A stretch of 47,098 nucleotides of DNA, counting the filler, from Candidatus Woesearchaeota archaeon (lineage in GTDB: Archaea > Nanobdellota > Nanobdellia > Woesearchaeales > DATGWN01): the NCBI GenBank assembly GCA_047603125.1. It is 2 parts of 2 records of this genome, joined end to end, with 100 filler letters (N's around TTAATTAATTAA, not from the genome) between each part and the next. Parts side by side here need not be neighbours in the genome. Positions count along the whole stretch, not along the records: positions 23,850 to 47,098 come from JBLKOU010000017.1; 1 more part is not named here. One strand, 5' to 3'. Under the pieces are notes generated by a model. That model saw only the letters and a list, made by a program, of their open reading frames with translations. It did no database searches and was not told the origin of the DNA. Below are positions 29,801-38,533 of the stretch, piece by piece (the stretch's first letter is position 1; every line of letters starts with the position of its first letter). The translations under genes were made by a program, and so were the position numbers.

Positions 29801-32800
29801 TGGATTTGTTTTTTCAGTTCCAACAAGTAGTTCATTTAGAGTCTTTTTTAATTATTCTTCGTACCAAGTGTTGCAACCAAATGGATTGAAAGTCATGGCT
29901 TGTCCAAACTTTAATCTAACAACATATCTACATGGTAATAGACAATTTGCTTGTCAAAGTGGTTGGAACTTTCTTAACACATTAGATATCCCTACTGCAG
30001 TTGATACACAATATTTTGGTAGCGCTGTAGATACAATTGCAGATACTATGTACGCGGTTATCTTTTTTGAGTATTTTACAGAAGGGGATCCTTCAGTTCA
30101 ATTTGGAGAAGATTCTTTATCTTTCACACTTGATCATAATCAAACATATACGCATCCATTCTCAATTCGAGCAAGCTCGAGTGGGGGAAGTCTCATTAAT
30201 GGAGACATTATGTGTGATACATCGAGTAGTTTTGCAGAATTTTGTGATATATTTACAATTTCACCAATAACATTTTCATCAATCTCATCAGGGACAACTC
30301 ATCATACAACTCTTCAAGTTACTGTTCCATATGCACTCGATCCAGGAGAGTATGAAGGGCGATTATTGTATAGAAGTAATTTAGCAACAACAAGGCCATT
30401 GTATCAGTCTATACCCATTACAATAACTGTTTTACCCTTAGCAACATATGATATTACAAGTCAAGAACCAGGCACAATTGTTGCTGGCGCAAATCAAGCA
30501 ATTCGCGTTGACTCCTTTCAAATAAAAAACACAGGTAATGTTGAAAAAATGATATCTTTTGAGTCTGACAGTAAACTCTTGAGTCCGAGCTCACTTTTTA
30601 TACCAAAACAATCCACTATTAATTATCATGTCGACTTACAAGCGCCTTTCCAACGAGGAAATTGGATGCAATCTGTCACGTTGGATCAAGATCATACTTT
30701 CACATATGATATTAATGTCACACATGAAATAGAAATTGTTTCTATTACTCCTTCCCAATCCCTGCTTCCGAATCAAACGATTGATATTTTGTTTAACGTA
30801 TATAATGAGAACGGAATAATTGATACGAATTCTCAATATTTTTCACAATTTCAAGTAAAGATTGGTGGACAAATTTGTACTAGCTCGACAGAGCAATTTA
30901 TACGACGAGTAGGACAACCTGATAGAATAACATGTACTGTTCCAGAACTAATACAAGAACAAGAAAACTATACACTACAATTAGCAATAACTCTTGATGG
31001 GGTCACGCCAACGGGACTTTCTCAGGTAACATATCAGGATGTTTTGCCACCAACATTTGTTTTTGTTCAAAAAACAATCGAGTATGCAAATATATCTCAG
31101 GTGCATTTTAATCTTACAGATATGAGCCAGGTTGAAGATCAGAGCGTTCGTGTGCAGGTAAGAAACTCACAAAATCAGCTCGTTTACGAACACATAGGTG
31201 TAGGAAATTCTTCGCAGGCTAATTTGTCAGTTGAGAATGTCACGTATACTTTTTCGTATGAATTTGCTCAAGCAGACTCGTATGTGCTTACGATTGATTA
31301 TTGTGATACATTTGCAAATTGTGATCGGCGTTTTGTACGAGTAAGTCATTTTCCAGTTATAGAATATATCGCTCCTCCAGGGCAGAGTATCGGTAGAAAT
31401 AGTGCAATTGTCTCTTCTATAATTCATCCGGACTTGCAGCGAGTTACATCGCATTCTCAAGATTCTAAAATTTTTTTCAAAGACCCTCAGACAAGAGAAA
31501 TTCTCTATGACGGATATACGGATACACTTGGAAGATTCTCCCTTTTTGCATTACAAAACAGAACATATGATTTGCAAATACAAAGACCAAATGCAAAATT
31601 CTTATTTGAGAGTATAACCTATACTGGCCAAAGCCTACTTTCATTTGAACAGGTCACGCCTCCAGGACTCAATCATGTAAAAGCGTCCTATGGAATAGAG
31701 CCTGAAGTCGAATTTACACAGGCTCAAGTTCAATTTAATGTCTCCAGTCAGGGTTTAACTCGTTCACAGGCGTATGTGGTTATTTGTCGAGACTTTGATT
31801 ATGCGTCACTGAGCTGCTCTGATCAGCAAGTACAGACATTAACAAATCAACAACTCAATCCACAGACTATCGATGGTCGTTTTATTTTTACATTTAATAC
31901 TTCAGAATTTAGTGTATTTTCACTTGTTATCCCACCACCAATTACTGTGCCGCCGCAAAGTTCACCGCAAAGCCCAATAACAGGTGGAGGAGGAGGAGGC
32001 TCAGGGGGTTCAGGAGCTTCAATTGAGCAAATAAAAGAAGCTTTAAACCTTACATTGCGAAATATTAGTCGTGTGGAGGCAAGCAGGCCGAGAGACATTC
32101 AAGCAAATACACAAAATATTGACCAAACACTTTATTATGGAGAGACTGCAACAATTAATATTGATTTAACAAATTCTGGAAATGCAACGCGAATGGTTCA
32201 AGTAGAACTTACTGATGGTCTTCAAGAAGTAGTTCAAATACAACCGGAACAATTTTCTATATTACCTGGTCAAAACGAACAAATTCAGGTGCAAATAAGA
32301 GCAGATCAATCTGCAACTAAACAAATTTATGATGGGTTTATTTTCATTGAACTTGGTGCGGAAGTTATTAGTATCCCTGTTAAAATTAGACTTCTGGACA
32401 TTCCTGAGCAGCGACCAGCATTGCAATTAAGTATGTTAACTCCATCTGTTTCACCAGGGGGTGTTCTTCGATATACTGTAGAAGTGCGTAATCCATATGC
32501 TCGTGAAATGCCCGCATCAATTTCTTATGAAGTTTACCGCTCTTTAACTGATACATTGGTCTATTCAAATATAGAGCAAAGAAATATCAGTAAAGATAAT
32601 CCTTTGTGGACAATCGCGTTTCCACTAAATTCTTCGTTTTCCCTAGGACCGTATTTTATAATAGTGCGTATGAATTATATTGATATAGACGGTTCTCGAC
32701 AAGAAACAAGTGCGTCTCGACCATTTGAGATATCTGAGAATTGGTTTTTCTACACTCTTTTTACATATGGAATATTTGTTATCCGAGTTTGGCATGTGTT

Positions 32801-34283
32801 ATTGCTTGTGAGTATACTACTACTAGGAATACAGAGTTTTAAAACAGTGAGAAATACATTAGAGAAAAGAAGAAAATATCATTTACCTGTAGAATTTAAA
32901 TTATTACCACGTGCTGGAGAATCGAGTGGTTTTATAGGACATCTAGCCGAAACTCGAATGCGAAGCTTTGTTGAAATGGAGCAGCTAAAGATGCATACAT
33001 TAGTAGCTGGTTCAACAGGTGGGGGTAAATCTTTTGCCTCACAGGTAATTATAGAGGAGGCCCTAAAAAAGAATGTTGCAGTTGTTGTCTTTGATCCAAC
33101 AGCGCAGTGGACAGGATTTTTGAGAAAATTGACGAGTAAAAGGGTCCTAAATTTATATGATAAATTCAGAATGAATCCAAAAAAGGATCCACAAGCATTT
33201 AAAGGAAATATTCGCAGAGTAGAGAACCCTCGAGAAATAATTGAACTAAAAGAATATCTTAAACCTGGAGAAATAACGGTTATTGACATGCATAAAATGA
33301 GATTAGAGGATATAGATTTATTCGTTGCAAATACGGTGAGTCAAGTCTTTTTAAATGAATTAGAAGAAAAAGAAGATTTAAAATTACTCATGGTTTATGA
33401 TGAAGTACATCGATTACTTCCAAAATTCGGTGGAAGTGGTGCTGGTTTTATGCAAATAGAGCGTGCTTGTAGAGAATTTAGAAAGTGGGGTATTGGACTT
33501 GTATTAGTATCTCAAGTTTTAAGCGATTTTATAGGTCAAATTAAAGCAAATATTAATACGGAAATACAAATGAGAACAAGAGATGAGGATGATTTAAAAC
33601 GCCTTAGCCTCAAGTATGGAGAACAATTATTTCAGGCAGTTATTAAGGCCGATGTTGGAACAGGTATGATTCAAAACTCTAAATTTAATAAGGGTCGACC
33701 GTATTTAGTTTCATTTCGCCCAGTACTTCATGAAATTGAACGTTTGAGTGAACAAGACCTTAAAAAATATGATCACTATAATAACCAAATTTTAGACATT
33801 AAATATATGCTTGAACAATTATCACAAAAACAAGACATTATGGACTTTCAAGTAGAAGTTGATTTGGCAGTTGATAAATTAAAAGAAGCAAGATTTGATG
33901 TGGTCGATATATATCTGGATGAAATAAAAATAAAAGTACAACGTGCTTGTGAAAAACACGGACTCACATGGCAGAAGAGAGAAATAAAATTAATCGATGA
34001 GGCAGTCTTGCAAAAGTTCATTAGTTTAGCTCATCATGAACATAAACAAGCTGTTAAAGGAAAATCAGAACAACCGGTAGAGGATGCTATTGAGACATCA
34101 GCCACAAAAACAAAAGAAGATTCCCAATCACAAGTAGGAGAAGAAAAAGTAGAGCAAACAAAAACTACAAAAACAAAAGAAGAACCACAGTTGCAAGTGG
34201 AAAAAGAAAAATCCGTCGAAACAAAACAACCGACTGAAAATAAGCTTGATAAATTAAAAAAATTATTAAATGACGATGATTAG
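23850..34283 (+). CDS. giant surface protein (DUF285 repeats, beta-helix-like, LamG, many Ig-like domains) fused via TM to a HerA/FtsK-type (DUF87) ATPase; 5' truncated
   Basis: Frame open from the contig edge (WDVSKV..M..MF); FNQDISSWNTSSV repeats; LamG WYHVV/LDEIMIFN; repeated N.GN and VP....PG.Y.G motifs; TM about 32742-32840; Walker A GSTGGGKS (33009-33032); Walker B MVYDEVH; REFRKWG...SQ. Confidence 0.9.
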   Translation, partial: WDVSKVIFMHEMFRGAISFNQDISSWNTSSVTRMNQMFQGASSFNQDIGGWNVSSVTDMAWIFSSAHSFNQDLSSWDVSGATNDFEYGLRDMFTNSNLSNENYDKVLVAWSNLPLQQNITFGVGSTQYSEGIPAQARQRIIDNFGWTIVDGGSTGFPFIGEIDAPLHYCTNIIFPGTYTLQRDLSSTQNCIEIQSDNVTINGNGFRINATTNPIVFSNVTNITIQNAIITSHDYAFAYNYTNTNITLTNTTIDTINFIDYNSQANLQFDIRDSLVLTPNLTVSHNERVNFFNTTYIGDITPTSTGFIDVYNYRTINFTDILDRDIDGLNIDIFSANNSLFSSRIIQNSQISDYFLEYQLTPEGKFFTPYIRDAELINIDINPILLQNMTDESFYSSLRAHFTFDLDNKTHMKDSSNNKIHFIYQGIPHYEDYLFGRSLDIGNFSFFNSPSQGIISVFSYNDLNLSDDFTFSLWTKYTNSNSRGIFNQISSSDSQRGFSLSWTLGPRLRISDSNSDFVAQTDSLSPDEWYHVVFQYNSTHFNIYLNSVLVDSVFLNGVKINSTENISFRNAHSAVKSLLDEIMIFNTSLTPSQILEIYANQSTRFLEKSNTLVLPETIVESGFDTVELQLQGLLNKTTMRAQIEVLDEGIWMRKPFQTMIYNGTHHSATFTISPNVTMIKPILETQSLDSFIPQIINSAILRMSISQKINEYRVRIDENNFYLGEIVNISQSNLLQITLPQDTVHINVTNDFIQRYSRLLGTEHQKNITITTTNSPITDLHISFNQTSIGQQKYGYTTYTTNCETIQPNQECTITFNLTVNPDLPTSYAAEHIATITYRTYNGTYIQEHIPFSSILETFIELEFTPDNLIFNQTNIQNTQIIDIDFTNIGSNPTGPIALSATHPFIDFLYEEVPESNIPSLGPAATNKIQARLQLTNLTHQTYQGYITFTFNGMQQIPYTVNVIQNTTYSQTQFIQQHNTSVEYPIYINNTGNVQLVNILQTYQNYTLPQSWISFEPIVGTIDSEESVISPMTITVPEYTPPGEYEGVVQFEGQWGFVQNHSIRVIVPTNRTWSITPTRHNYEMLITEAPQEYKLPSFNITNAGNVPINYTVAFTYGGDSFNLFPSARHDSGIISYLQPTTQFTVYPGQTYIYNTSVQSYDDAADAPPNMRLAMNFTIQNQTDTNQASQLVDYIINVVDLDPFVDSWRYENNLLLEPNAPIEIYKPFTIQARIFDDGGNINLSTARFTIDDGITNTTYEPTFVNDATATLHRYYLTFTPQTDNPHTIWVYVEENNNPQKAANESIQLQIMTRPQIAFLDTSAIQNRLATNKSNQTHNVTLEVPFTITSQGGQNAQGQFFTNADVLVYNITYSATVPDGWQSQIQFSEILSQANEAIPRTLNITIPKGTPVDNYTVTLQAQFTNPDRTQTTITRPITVKVLPNYDYEIFVTNNTITQEHGTQKITTIFIQPRGNAHTTVTLQTQNAQYTTQFLDTTYKTVGGPYTLEYNRLSPLTISMRTSVPQHANESGSFDVHAQNAQGQQRSIPLQLTIPEDDTISVSTNQIGENVIAGDTYDISFINFTNLGNIPVQLNFSLDGEIVNIADPLFGGSGITIPESVTLIPSQTYPLPFIFTVPSTETTIRGNLTYTQNQNETLIPVELNTYSFSLSLSNRTSKTNLLAQDPFTYRVLLTDALGEAIEQNITFSARVGEQNCPLLEVNQVMVDDLVYHDVTCQLPSRPDGLTHPMSITVTYNSPIIGLTSFVRNNIFSVHYKDITPPEVLTFTMNDTQANQPIRFSSAITDNVYDLVPVKNDYTVRLRATHTQTQTQTVIPFSYNVLSQNFQATHTFALPGLYSYIIEAIDPAGNMNNSYQGTFVLFEERLFTGNFSFTNEFGIAQIVNPRLEFTDSSQTISIQPVNGLYSSVIRTGIFNVSIIHQNKRLTIASSDLLQYPQEHPISYMPLEKDRYAIYPLTAYSQMSTDKIYDGFVFSVPTSSSFRVFFNYSSYQVLQPNGLKVMACPNFNLTTYLHGNRQFACQSGWNFLNTLDIPTAVDTQYFGSAVDTIADTMYAVIFFEYFTEGDPSVQFGEDSLSFTLDHNQTYTHPFSIRASSSGGSLINGDIMCDTSSSFAEFCDIFTISPITFSSISSGTTHHTTLQVTVPYALDPGEYEGRLLYRSNLATTRPLYQSIPITITVLPLATYDITSQEPGTIVAGANQAIRVDSFQIKNTGNVEKMISFESDSKLLSPSSLFIPKQSTINYHVDLQAPFQRGNWMQSVTLDQDHTFTYDINVTHEIEIVSITPSQSLLPNQTIDILFNVYNENGIIDTNSQYFSQFQVKIGGQICTSSTEQFIRRVGQPDRITCTVPELIQEQENYTLQLAITLDGVTPTGLSQVTYQDVLPPTFVFVQKTIEYANISQVHFNLTDMSQVEDQSVRVQVRNSQNQLVYEHIGVGNSSQANLSVENVTYTFSYEFAQADSYVLTIDYCDTFANCDRRFVRVSHFPVIEYIAPPGQSIGRNSAIVSSIIHPDLQRVTSHSQDSKIFFKDPQTREILYDGYTDTLGRFSLFALQNRTYDLQIQRPNAKFLFESITYTGQSLLSFEQVTPPGLNHVKASYGIEPEVEFTQAQVQFNVSSQGLTRSQAYVVICRDFDYASLSCSDQQVQTLTNQQLNPQTIDGRFIFTFNTSEFSVFSLVIPPPITVPPQSSPQSPITGGGGGGSGGSGASIEQIKEALNLTLRNISRVEASRPRDIQANTQNIDQTLYYGETATINIDLTNSGNATRMVQVELTDGLQEVVQIQPEQFSILPGQNEQIQVQIRADQSATKQIYDGFIFIELGAEVISIPVKIRLLDIPEQRPALQLSMLTPSVSPGGVLRYTVEVRNPYAREMPASISYEVYRSLTDTLVYSNIEQRNISKDNPLWTIAFPLNSSFSLGPYFIIVRMNYIDIDGSRQETSASRPFEISENWFFYTLFTYGIFVIRVWHVLLLVSILLLGIQSFKTVRNTLEKRRKYHLPVEFKLLPRAGESSGFIGHLAETRMRSFVEMEQLKMHTLVAGSTGGGKSFASQVIIEEALKKNVAVVVFDPTAQWTGFLRKLTSKRVLNLYDKFRMNPKKDPQAFKGNIRRVENPREIIELKEYLKPGEITVIDMHKMRLEDIDLFVANTVSQVFLNELEEKEDLKLLMVYDEVHRLLPKFGGSGAGFMQIERACREFRKWGIGLVLVSQVLSDFIGQIKANINTEIQMRTRDEDDLKRLSLKYGEQLFQAVIKADVGTGMIQNSKFNKGRPYLVSFRPVLHEIERLSEQDLKKYDHYNNQILDIKYMLEQLSQKQDIMDFQVEVDLAVDKLKEARFDVVDIYLDEIKIKVQRACEKHGLTWQKREIKLIDEAVLQKFISLAHHEHKQAVKGKSEQPVEDAIETSATKTKEDSQSQVGEEKVEQTKTTKTKEEPQLQVEKEKSVETKQPTENKLDKLKKLLNDDD

Positions 34284-34300
34284 GTGAAAGGTACAAAAGA

Positions 34301-35272
34301 ATGTTTCATTTGAAAAAAAAAGAGGAGTCGCAAGAAACCACGCAAGTTCATGACAATCAAAATACTGATTTTGCTAAGCAAATTCAATTACTTCAAACAA
34401 AGGTGGAAACGCAAGAAGCAAAATTGGCTGCTCAAGCAGAGCTTCGTCAAGTAACTGATGGGAAGATATCTCGATTACAAGAACAGATTGGTGAAATTAA
34501 AGAATTATACCAGGTTTTAAGTGTTGAAAAACAAGATTTAGTTAAACAAATCGAAATCACAAAAAAACTCATTGAAACTGCCAAGCCTTTAGAATTATTT
34601 AAAGAAGTTTCTAAGATACAGAATAAACAAACAATTCTAGAAGGAAAATATGATTTAGCGATACGAAAACAAAATGCATTTCAGAGTTCATTTGATGAAT
34701 TCTCTCAAAAGTTGCGAGCATTTAAGGGTGCAGATCAGTTAATAAAAATACAAGAAGAAACGAAAAAAGATTTGTTTGAAGTAAAAAAGATGAACTCTAA
34801 AATCGTTGCACATGCAGAAAAAATTGAAAATCATTATATTGAAATAAAATCAAAAGTAGAACATGTGGATACACAAATAAATCAAATGACGAATTTGCAT
34901 GCTGAACTATCAAAATTAAAAGAGGACATGAATAAATTGTTAAATGATCCTGAATTTGATAAAAAAACATATGAGAGCTTAAAACAAGCTCATGACACAT
35001 TGACTGACTTGGTTGCTCAAACATTTTCCAAACTAAAAGAAAAACAAAAGCAAATAAAAGAAGATTTAGAAAAGCATAAAGATCATCATCAAAATACTAT
35101 TAATTCATTAAAGCAAACAACTGACTACCATATCACCCGGTTTTCTGATTCTTTTGAAAAAATTCATACACAATTGTCGCGTACGGACTTAGAATCAATA
35201 GACAAATTGAAAAAATGGGTTGTGTATCTTATAAAAACGGATCCAAAGCATGCACATTTACTGAAAAAATGA
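34301..35272 (+). CDS. coiled-coil protein (323 aa)
   Basis: K/E/Q/L-rich heptad pattern throughout, no TM; SD-like AGGTGA upstream; starts 17 bp after the giant gene. Confidence 0.85.
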   Translation: MFHLKKKEESQETTQVHDNQNTDFAKQIQLLQTKVETQEAKLAAQAELRQVTDGKISRLQEQIGEIKELYQVLSVEKQDLVKQIEITKKLIETAKPLELFKEVSKIQNKQTILEGKYDLAIRKQNAFQSSFDEFSQKLRAFKGADQLIKIQEETKKDLFEVKKMNSKIVAHAEKIENHYIEIKSKVEHVDTQINQMTNLHAELSKLKEDMNKLLNDPEFDKKTYESLKQAHDTLTDLVAQTFSKLKEKQKQIKEDLEKHKDHHQNTINSLKQTTDYHITRFSDSFEKIHTQLSRTDLESIDKLKKWVVYLIKTDPKHAHLLKK

Positions 35273-37140
35273 AAACAAAACTGCTGTTCTTATTTTTAAT
35301 CTTTCTTTTGCCAACAGTAGCCTTTTCCTACATACAAGCACAAGAACTCATCATTGAGCAAACAATACGCGGTGGGGTGCAAAGTCAAAGTGATATTTCT
35401 CATCTGCAAGCAAGATTGACGTATGTGCCATTTGACACCTTCTCGCAACAGCTCTTACAAGAACGCTATTATCCAGATACGGCTACGCGTTTGGAGCAAG
35501 AGATTCTTTTTGAGTGGCCTGGTTTAGTAAATTATGTCAATTATGAGTATCAGTATACAATTCATACGAAAAATCGCTATGCGCCAGTTACGAGTAAAGT
35601 AACTTATCCTTTACAGGTAACTCCTGAACTCTTAGAATATGTTGAATTTACCCATTTGATGGATAGTAATATGGAAATTATTGAGAAGGCACAAGAACTT
35701 GCACAGGGTAGTGATGATGTATTTGTTATCGCCTCAACAATTGCTCATTGGGTAACACAAAATATTGAATATGATTTAAACACGCTTACTGTGGAGGCTT
35801 CAAATCCGGCAACATGGGTGTTTGAAAATCGTTTTGGTGTGTGTGATGAGTTATCGGTGTTATTTGTTTCCATGATGCGCTCTTTAAATATTCCTGCGCG
35901 CGTTGTGACGGGGATTTCATATACAACGAGTGATTTATTTGATCAGCCTTGGAATGCACATGCGTGGGCGCAAGTGTATATGGGAGAATATGGTTGGGTT
36001 CCATTTGATCTGACGTATCGACAATTTGGGTATGTGGATGCAACGCATATGCAAATTTCAGAATCGTATGAAGGTGATCAGACTGCCGTTCAATTTCAAT
36101 ATAGAAGTTTGGATTCGCAAGTTTCTTTAGATATTTCCCCTTTAGAATTTCAAACAAGGGTTCTTAATCAATCAGATGATGTGTCGCTTTCGCTAATAGC
36201 TGAGATAGACGTAGCTCGCGAAAGTGTTGGTTTTGGATCATATCAGCGTATACTTGCAACAATAACAAATACGCAAAATCATTATATTGCTGCTTTTATT
36301 GATTTGAGCACTCCTGAAGCGGTTGAGGGAGAAAAAAAGCAATTTGTTATTTTAGAGCCGCATCAAACAATTAAGCGTTCATTTTTAGTAACGACACCGA
36401 TGAATCTGGATTCTCAGTATATTTATACCTTTCCTGTGGCATTATACACGCAAGGAATAGAATTAGCACGAACGAATTTTACAAGTACGCATCAATCAGC
36501 CGTGTACCAACCATCTGATATACCATTTGTTGAGTCGCAAACATCGAGTGCTCCGTTTTCGTGTGACACACAATCAACCACGCATTATAGCAATGAGACT
36601 ATTTTCTTTTTGTGTGAAAACACTGAGGATGTACAAATTGAGCTGTGTTTTATTGAGCAATGTGCATCCATATTACCTGGCGAGAAAGAAACATTTGAAG
36701 CGACATTTGAACGACCAGGTATTTATGATCGTCTTATAGAATATGAAAGTCAATCCTTTGCATTAACATTTGTCGTTCGGGATCGAGCAAGATTACAAAT
36801 TTCTGACCTGACATATCCAAGAACAGTTGAAAAGAATGATTCACCGGTAATCTCTTTTACTTTAGAGAAAACAAGTGTTTCTAACCCGCAACATGCAAGA
36901 GTGACACTCACAAGAAAGCAGCCACAAGTTTGGTCGCTTCCTTTAATCACACAGGATCAAGATTTTGTATACGAGCTTTCACATCGACTGTTAAAACCGG
37001 GTTTAAATGAGTTTACTTTGGCATTAGAATATCATGATGGGGAAAGGAGGCAAGTAGAGATTCAGACTATAGAAATTGAGTTTGTTGGACTCTCTTTTTT
37101 TGAGAGAATGTGGTTGTATCTTCGAGATTTACTTTTGTGA
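35269..37140 (+). CDS. secreted transglutaminase-like (Cys-His-Asp) protein with C-terminal Ig-like domains
   Basis: Signal peptide MKTKLLFLFLIFLLPTVAFS; GVCDELS, IPARVVTG, HAWAQVY, WVPFDLT; ATGA overlap with the coiled-coil gene. Confidence 0.9.
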   Translation: MKTKLLFLFLIFLLPTVAFSYIQAQELIIEQTIRGGVQSQSDISHLQARLTYVPFDTFSQQLLQERYYPDTATRLEQEILFEWPGLVNYVNYEYQYTIHTKNRYAPVTSKVTYPLQVTPELLEYVEFTHLMDSNMEIIEKAQELAQGSDDVFVIASTIAHWVTQNIEYDLNTLTVEASNPATWVFENRFGVCDELSVLFVSMMRSLNIPARVVTGISYTTSDLFDQPWNAHAWAQVYMGEYGWVPFDLTYRQFGYVDATHMQISESYEGDQTAVQFQYRSLDSQVSLDISPLEFQTRVLNQSDDVSLSLIAEIDVARESVGFGSYQRILATITNTQNHYIAAFIDLSTPEAVEGEKKQFVILEPHQTIKRSFLVTTPMNLDSQYIYTFPVALYTQGIELARTNFTSTHQSAVYQPSDIPFVESQTSSAPFSCDTQSTTHYSNETIFFLCENTEDVQIELCFIEQCASILPGEKETFEATFERPGIYDRLIEYESQSFALTFVVRDRARLQISDLTYPRTVEKNDSPVISFTLEKTSVSNPQHARVTLTRKQPQVWSLPLITQDQDFVYELSHRLLKPGLNEFTLALEYHDGERRQVEIQTIEIEFVGLSFFERMWLYLRDLLL

Positions 37141-37776
37141 GATCACGCCAATTTTAGGACAAAGTTTTTGTAATGGGCACGAATGACATTGAGGATTTCT
37201 TGGTGTACAAATGGTTTGACCGAGTTTTATGATATTATTATTATACGAAACCCATTCCTTTTTTGGAAGTGCTTTTTCAAGTGCGATTTGACTTTGTTCT
37301 CTTGTTTTTGTGCGAATAATCCCCAGCCTATTTGAAATTCTATGAGCATGTGTATCAACAATCATTGCAGGTATTTGAAATACTTCTCCAAGTATGACAT
37401 TTGCTGTTTTCGGTCCTACGCCAGGCAAAGAGGTGAGTTGTGAAAATGTGCTTGGAACCTTTGCATCGTGTTTACTTATGAGGATGTGACATGTTTGTAA
37501 AATATGTTTTGCTTTTGTGTGATAATAGGTAATGGGAAAAATTTTTTCTTCCAATTCTTCCTGGCTGAGTGTGAGAAACGCTTGTGGCGTTGCATAATTT
37601 TCAAATAATTTTGCACAAACGGGTGCAGTTATTTTGTCTTGGGATTGTGCTGAGAGCATGGTTGCAATAAGTGATTTAAATGGATCATTTTGTCGTACTG
37701 CTTTGAGATCGTCAATAGGTGTATGTACTGAGTCTGCATAGTTTTTGAGTTTTTCAAGTATTTTAGGAATTGTCAT
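37129..37776 (-). CDS. nth: endonuclease III
   Basis: LIATMLSAQ, HhH LPGVGPKTA, VDTH, 4Fe-4S motif CTPRNPQCHSCPLQKLC. Confidence 0.95.
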   Translation of the reverse strand: MTIPKILEKLKNYADSVHTPIDDLKAVRQNDPFKSLIATMLSAQSQDKITAPVCAKLFENYATPQAFLTLSQEELEEKIFPITYYHTKAKHILQTCHILISKHDAKVPSTFSQLTSLPGVGPKTANVILGEVFQIPAMIVDTHAHRISNRLGIIRTKTREQSQIALEKALPKKEWVSYNNNIIKLGQTICTPRNPQCHSCPLQKLCPKIGVISQK

Positions 37777-38533
37777 AGTCTAACATACCGCACGCTGCTT
37801 GTATATCTTCGCCCCGCGATTGACGAATAAAACATTTGTATCCATTTTGTATGAAGGTGTCTTTAAATAATTGCATATTCTTACTTTTTTGAAACGACTT
37901 TTTTGGATTGCGCTCGATCAGATTGATATGAACATTTTTGGGTAATTCTAAATCTAAAATTCCTTGAAGATGTTTTTCTGTGTCATTTACTCCATCAATG
38001 AGTGTATATTCAATCATGATTCCATGTTTTTTTCCTTGGCAATACGTCTGAATAAAGGTAAGTATTTTGGAGAGGGGTGGTGTGAGAGGGATGAGTTTTT
38101 TTCGCTCATCCTCGAATGGTGTGTGTAGAGAAAAGGCTCCTTGGCAAGGAAGTTGTGCAAGTTTATGGATATGCATACCACTTGTTGAGACCGTAATTTT
38201 GTTATAGGGAATATGAAATTGTTGATGTATTTGCTCTACTGCCTGTTGTACTTGTGAGAAATTCGTGAGTGGTTCACCTATACCCATAAATACGACGGAC
38301 GTTGGAGTTGTGCCTATATGTGTCTTTGCATCTTTAACTTGTGTGATAATTTGCTGACTTGTGAGATTTTGTTTAAATGTGCCTGCATAACAAAAGGTAC
38401 AACCGATTGGACAACCAATTTGACACGAAACACAGACAGTATATTTCTTATTTTTTGTTGGGATGATGACGCTGTGATACTTGTTATCGTATGAGATTTT
38501 TACTGTTTTATCCTTTGCTGTGAGAATATTCAT
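37763..38533 (-). CDS. rlmN: RlmN/Cfr-family radical SAM RNA methyltransferase, short form
   Basis: CVSCQIGCPIGCTFC, FMGIGEP, SLH, EYTLIDGVND, RGEDIQAACG. Confidence 0.85.
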   Translation of the reverse strand: MNILTAKDKTVKISYDNKYHSVIIPTKNKKYTVCVSCQIGCPIGCTFCYAGTFKQNLTSQQIITQVKDAKTHIGTTPTSVVFMGIGEPLTNFSQVQQAVEQIHQQFHIPYNKITVSTSGMHIHKLAQLPCQGAFSLHTPFEDERKKLIPLTPPLSKILTFIQTYCQGKKHGIMIEYTLIDGVNDTEKHLQGILDLELPKNVHINLIERNPKKSFQKSKNMQLFKDTFIQNGYKCFIRQSRGEDIQAACGMLDYDNS

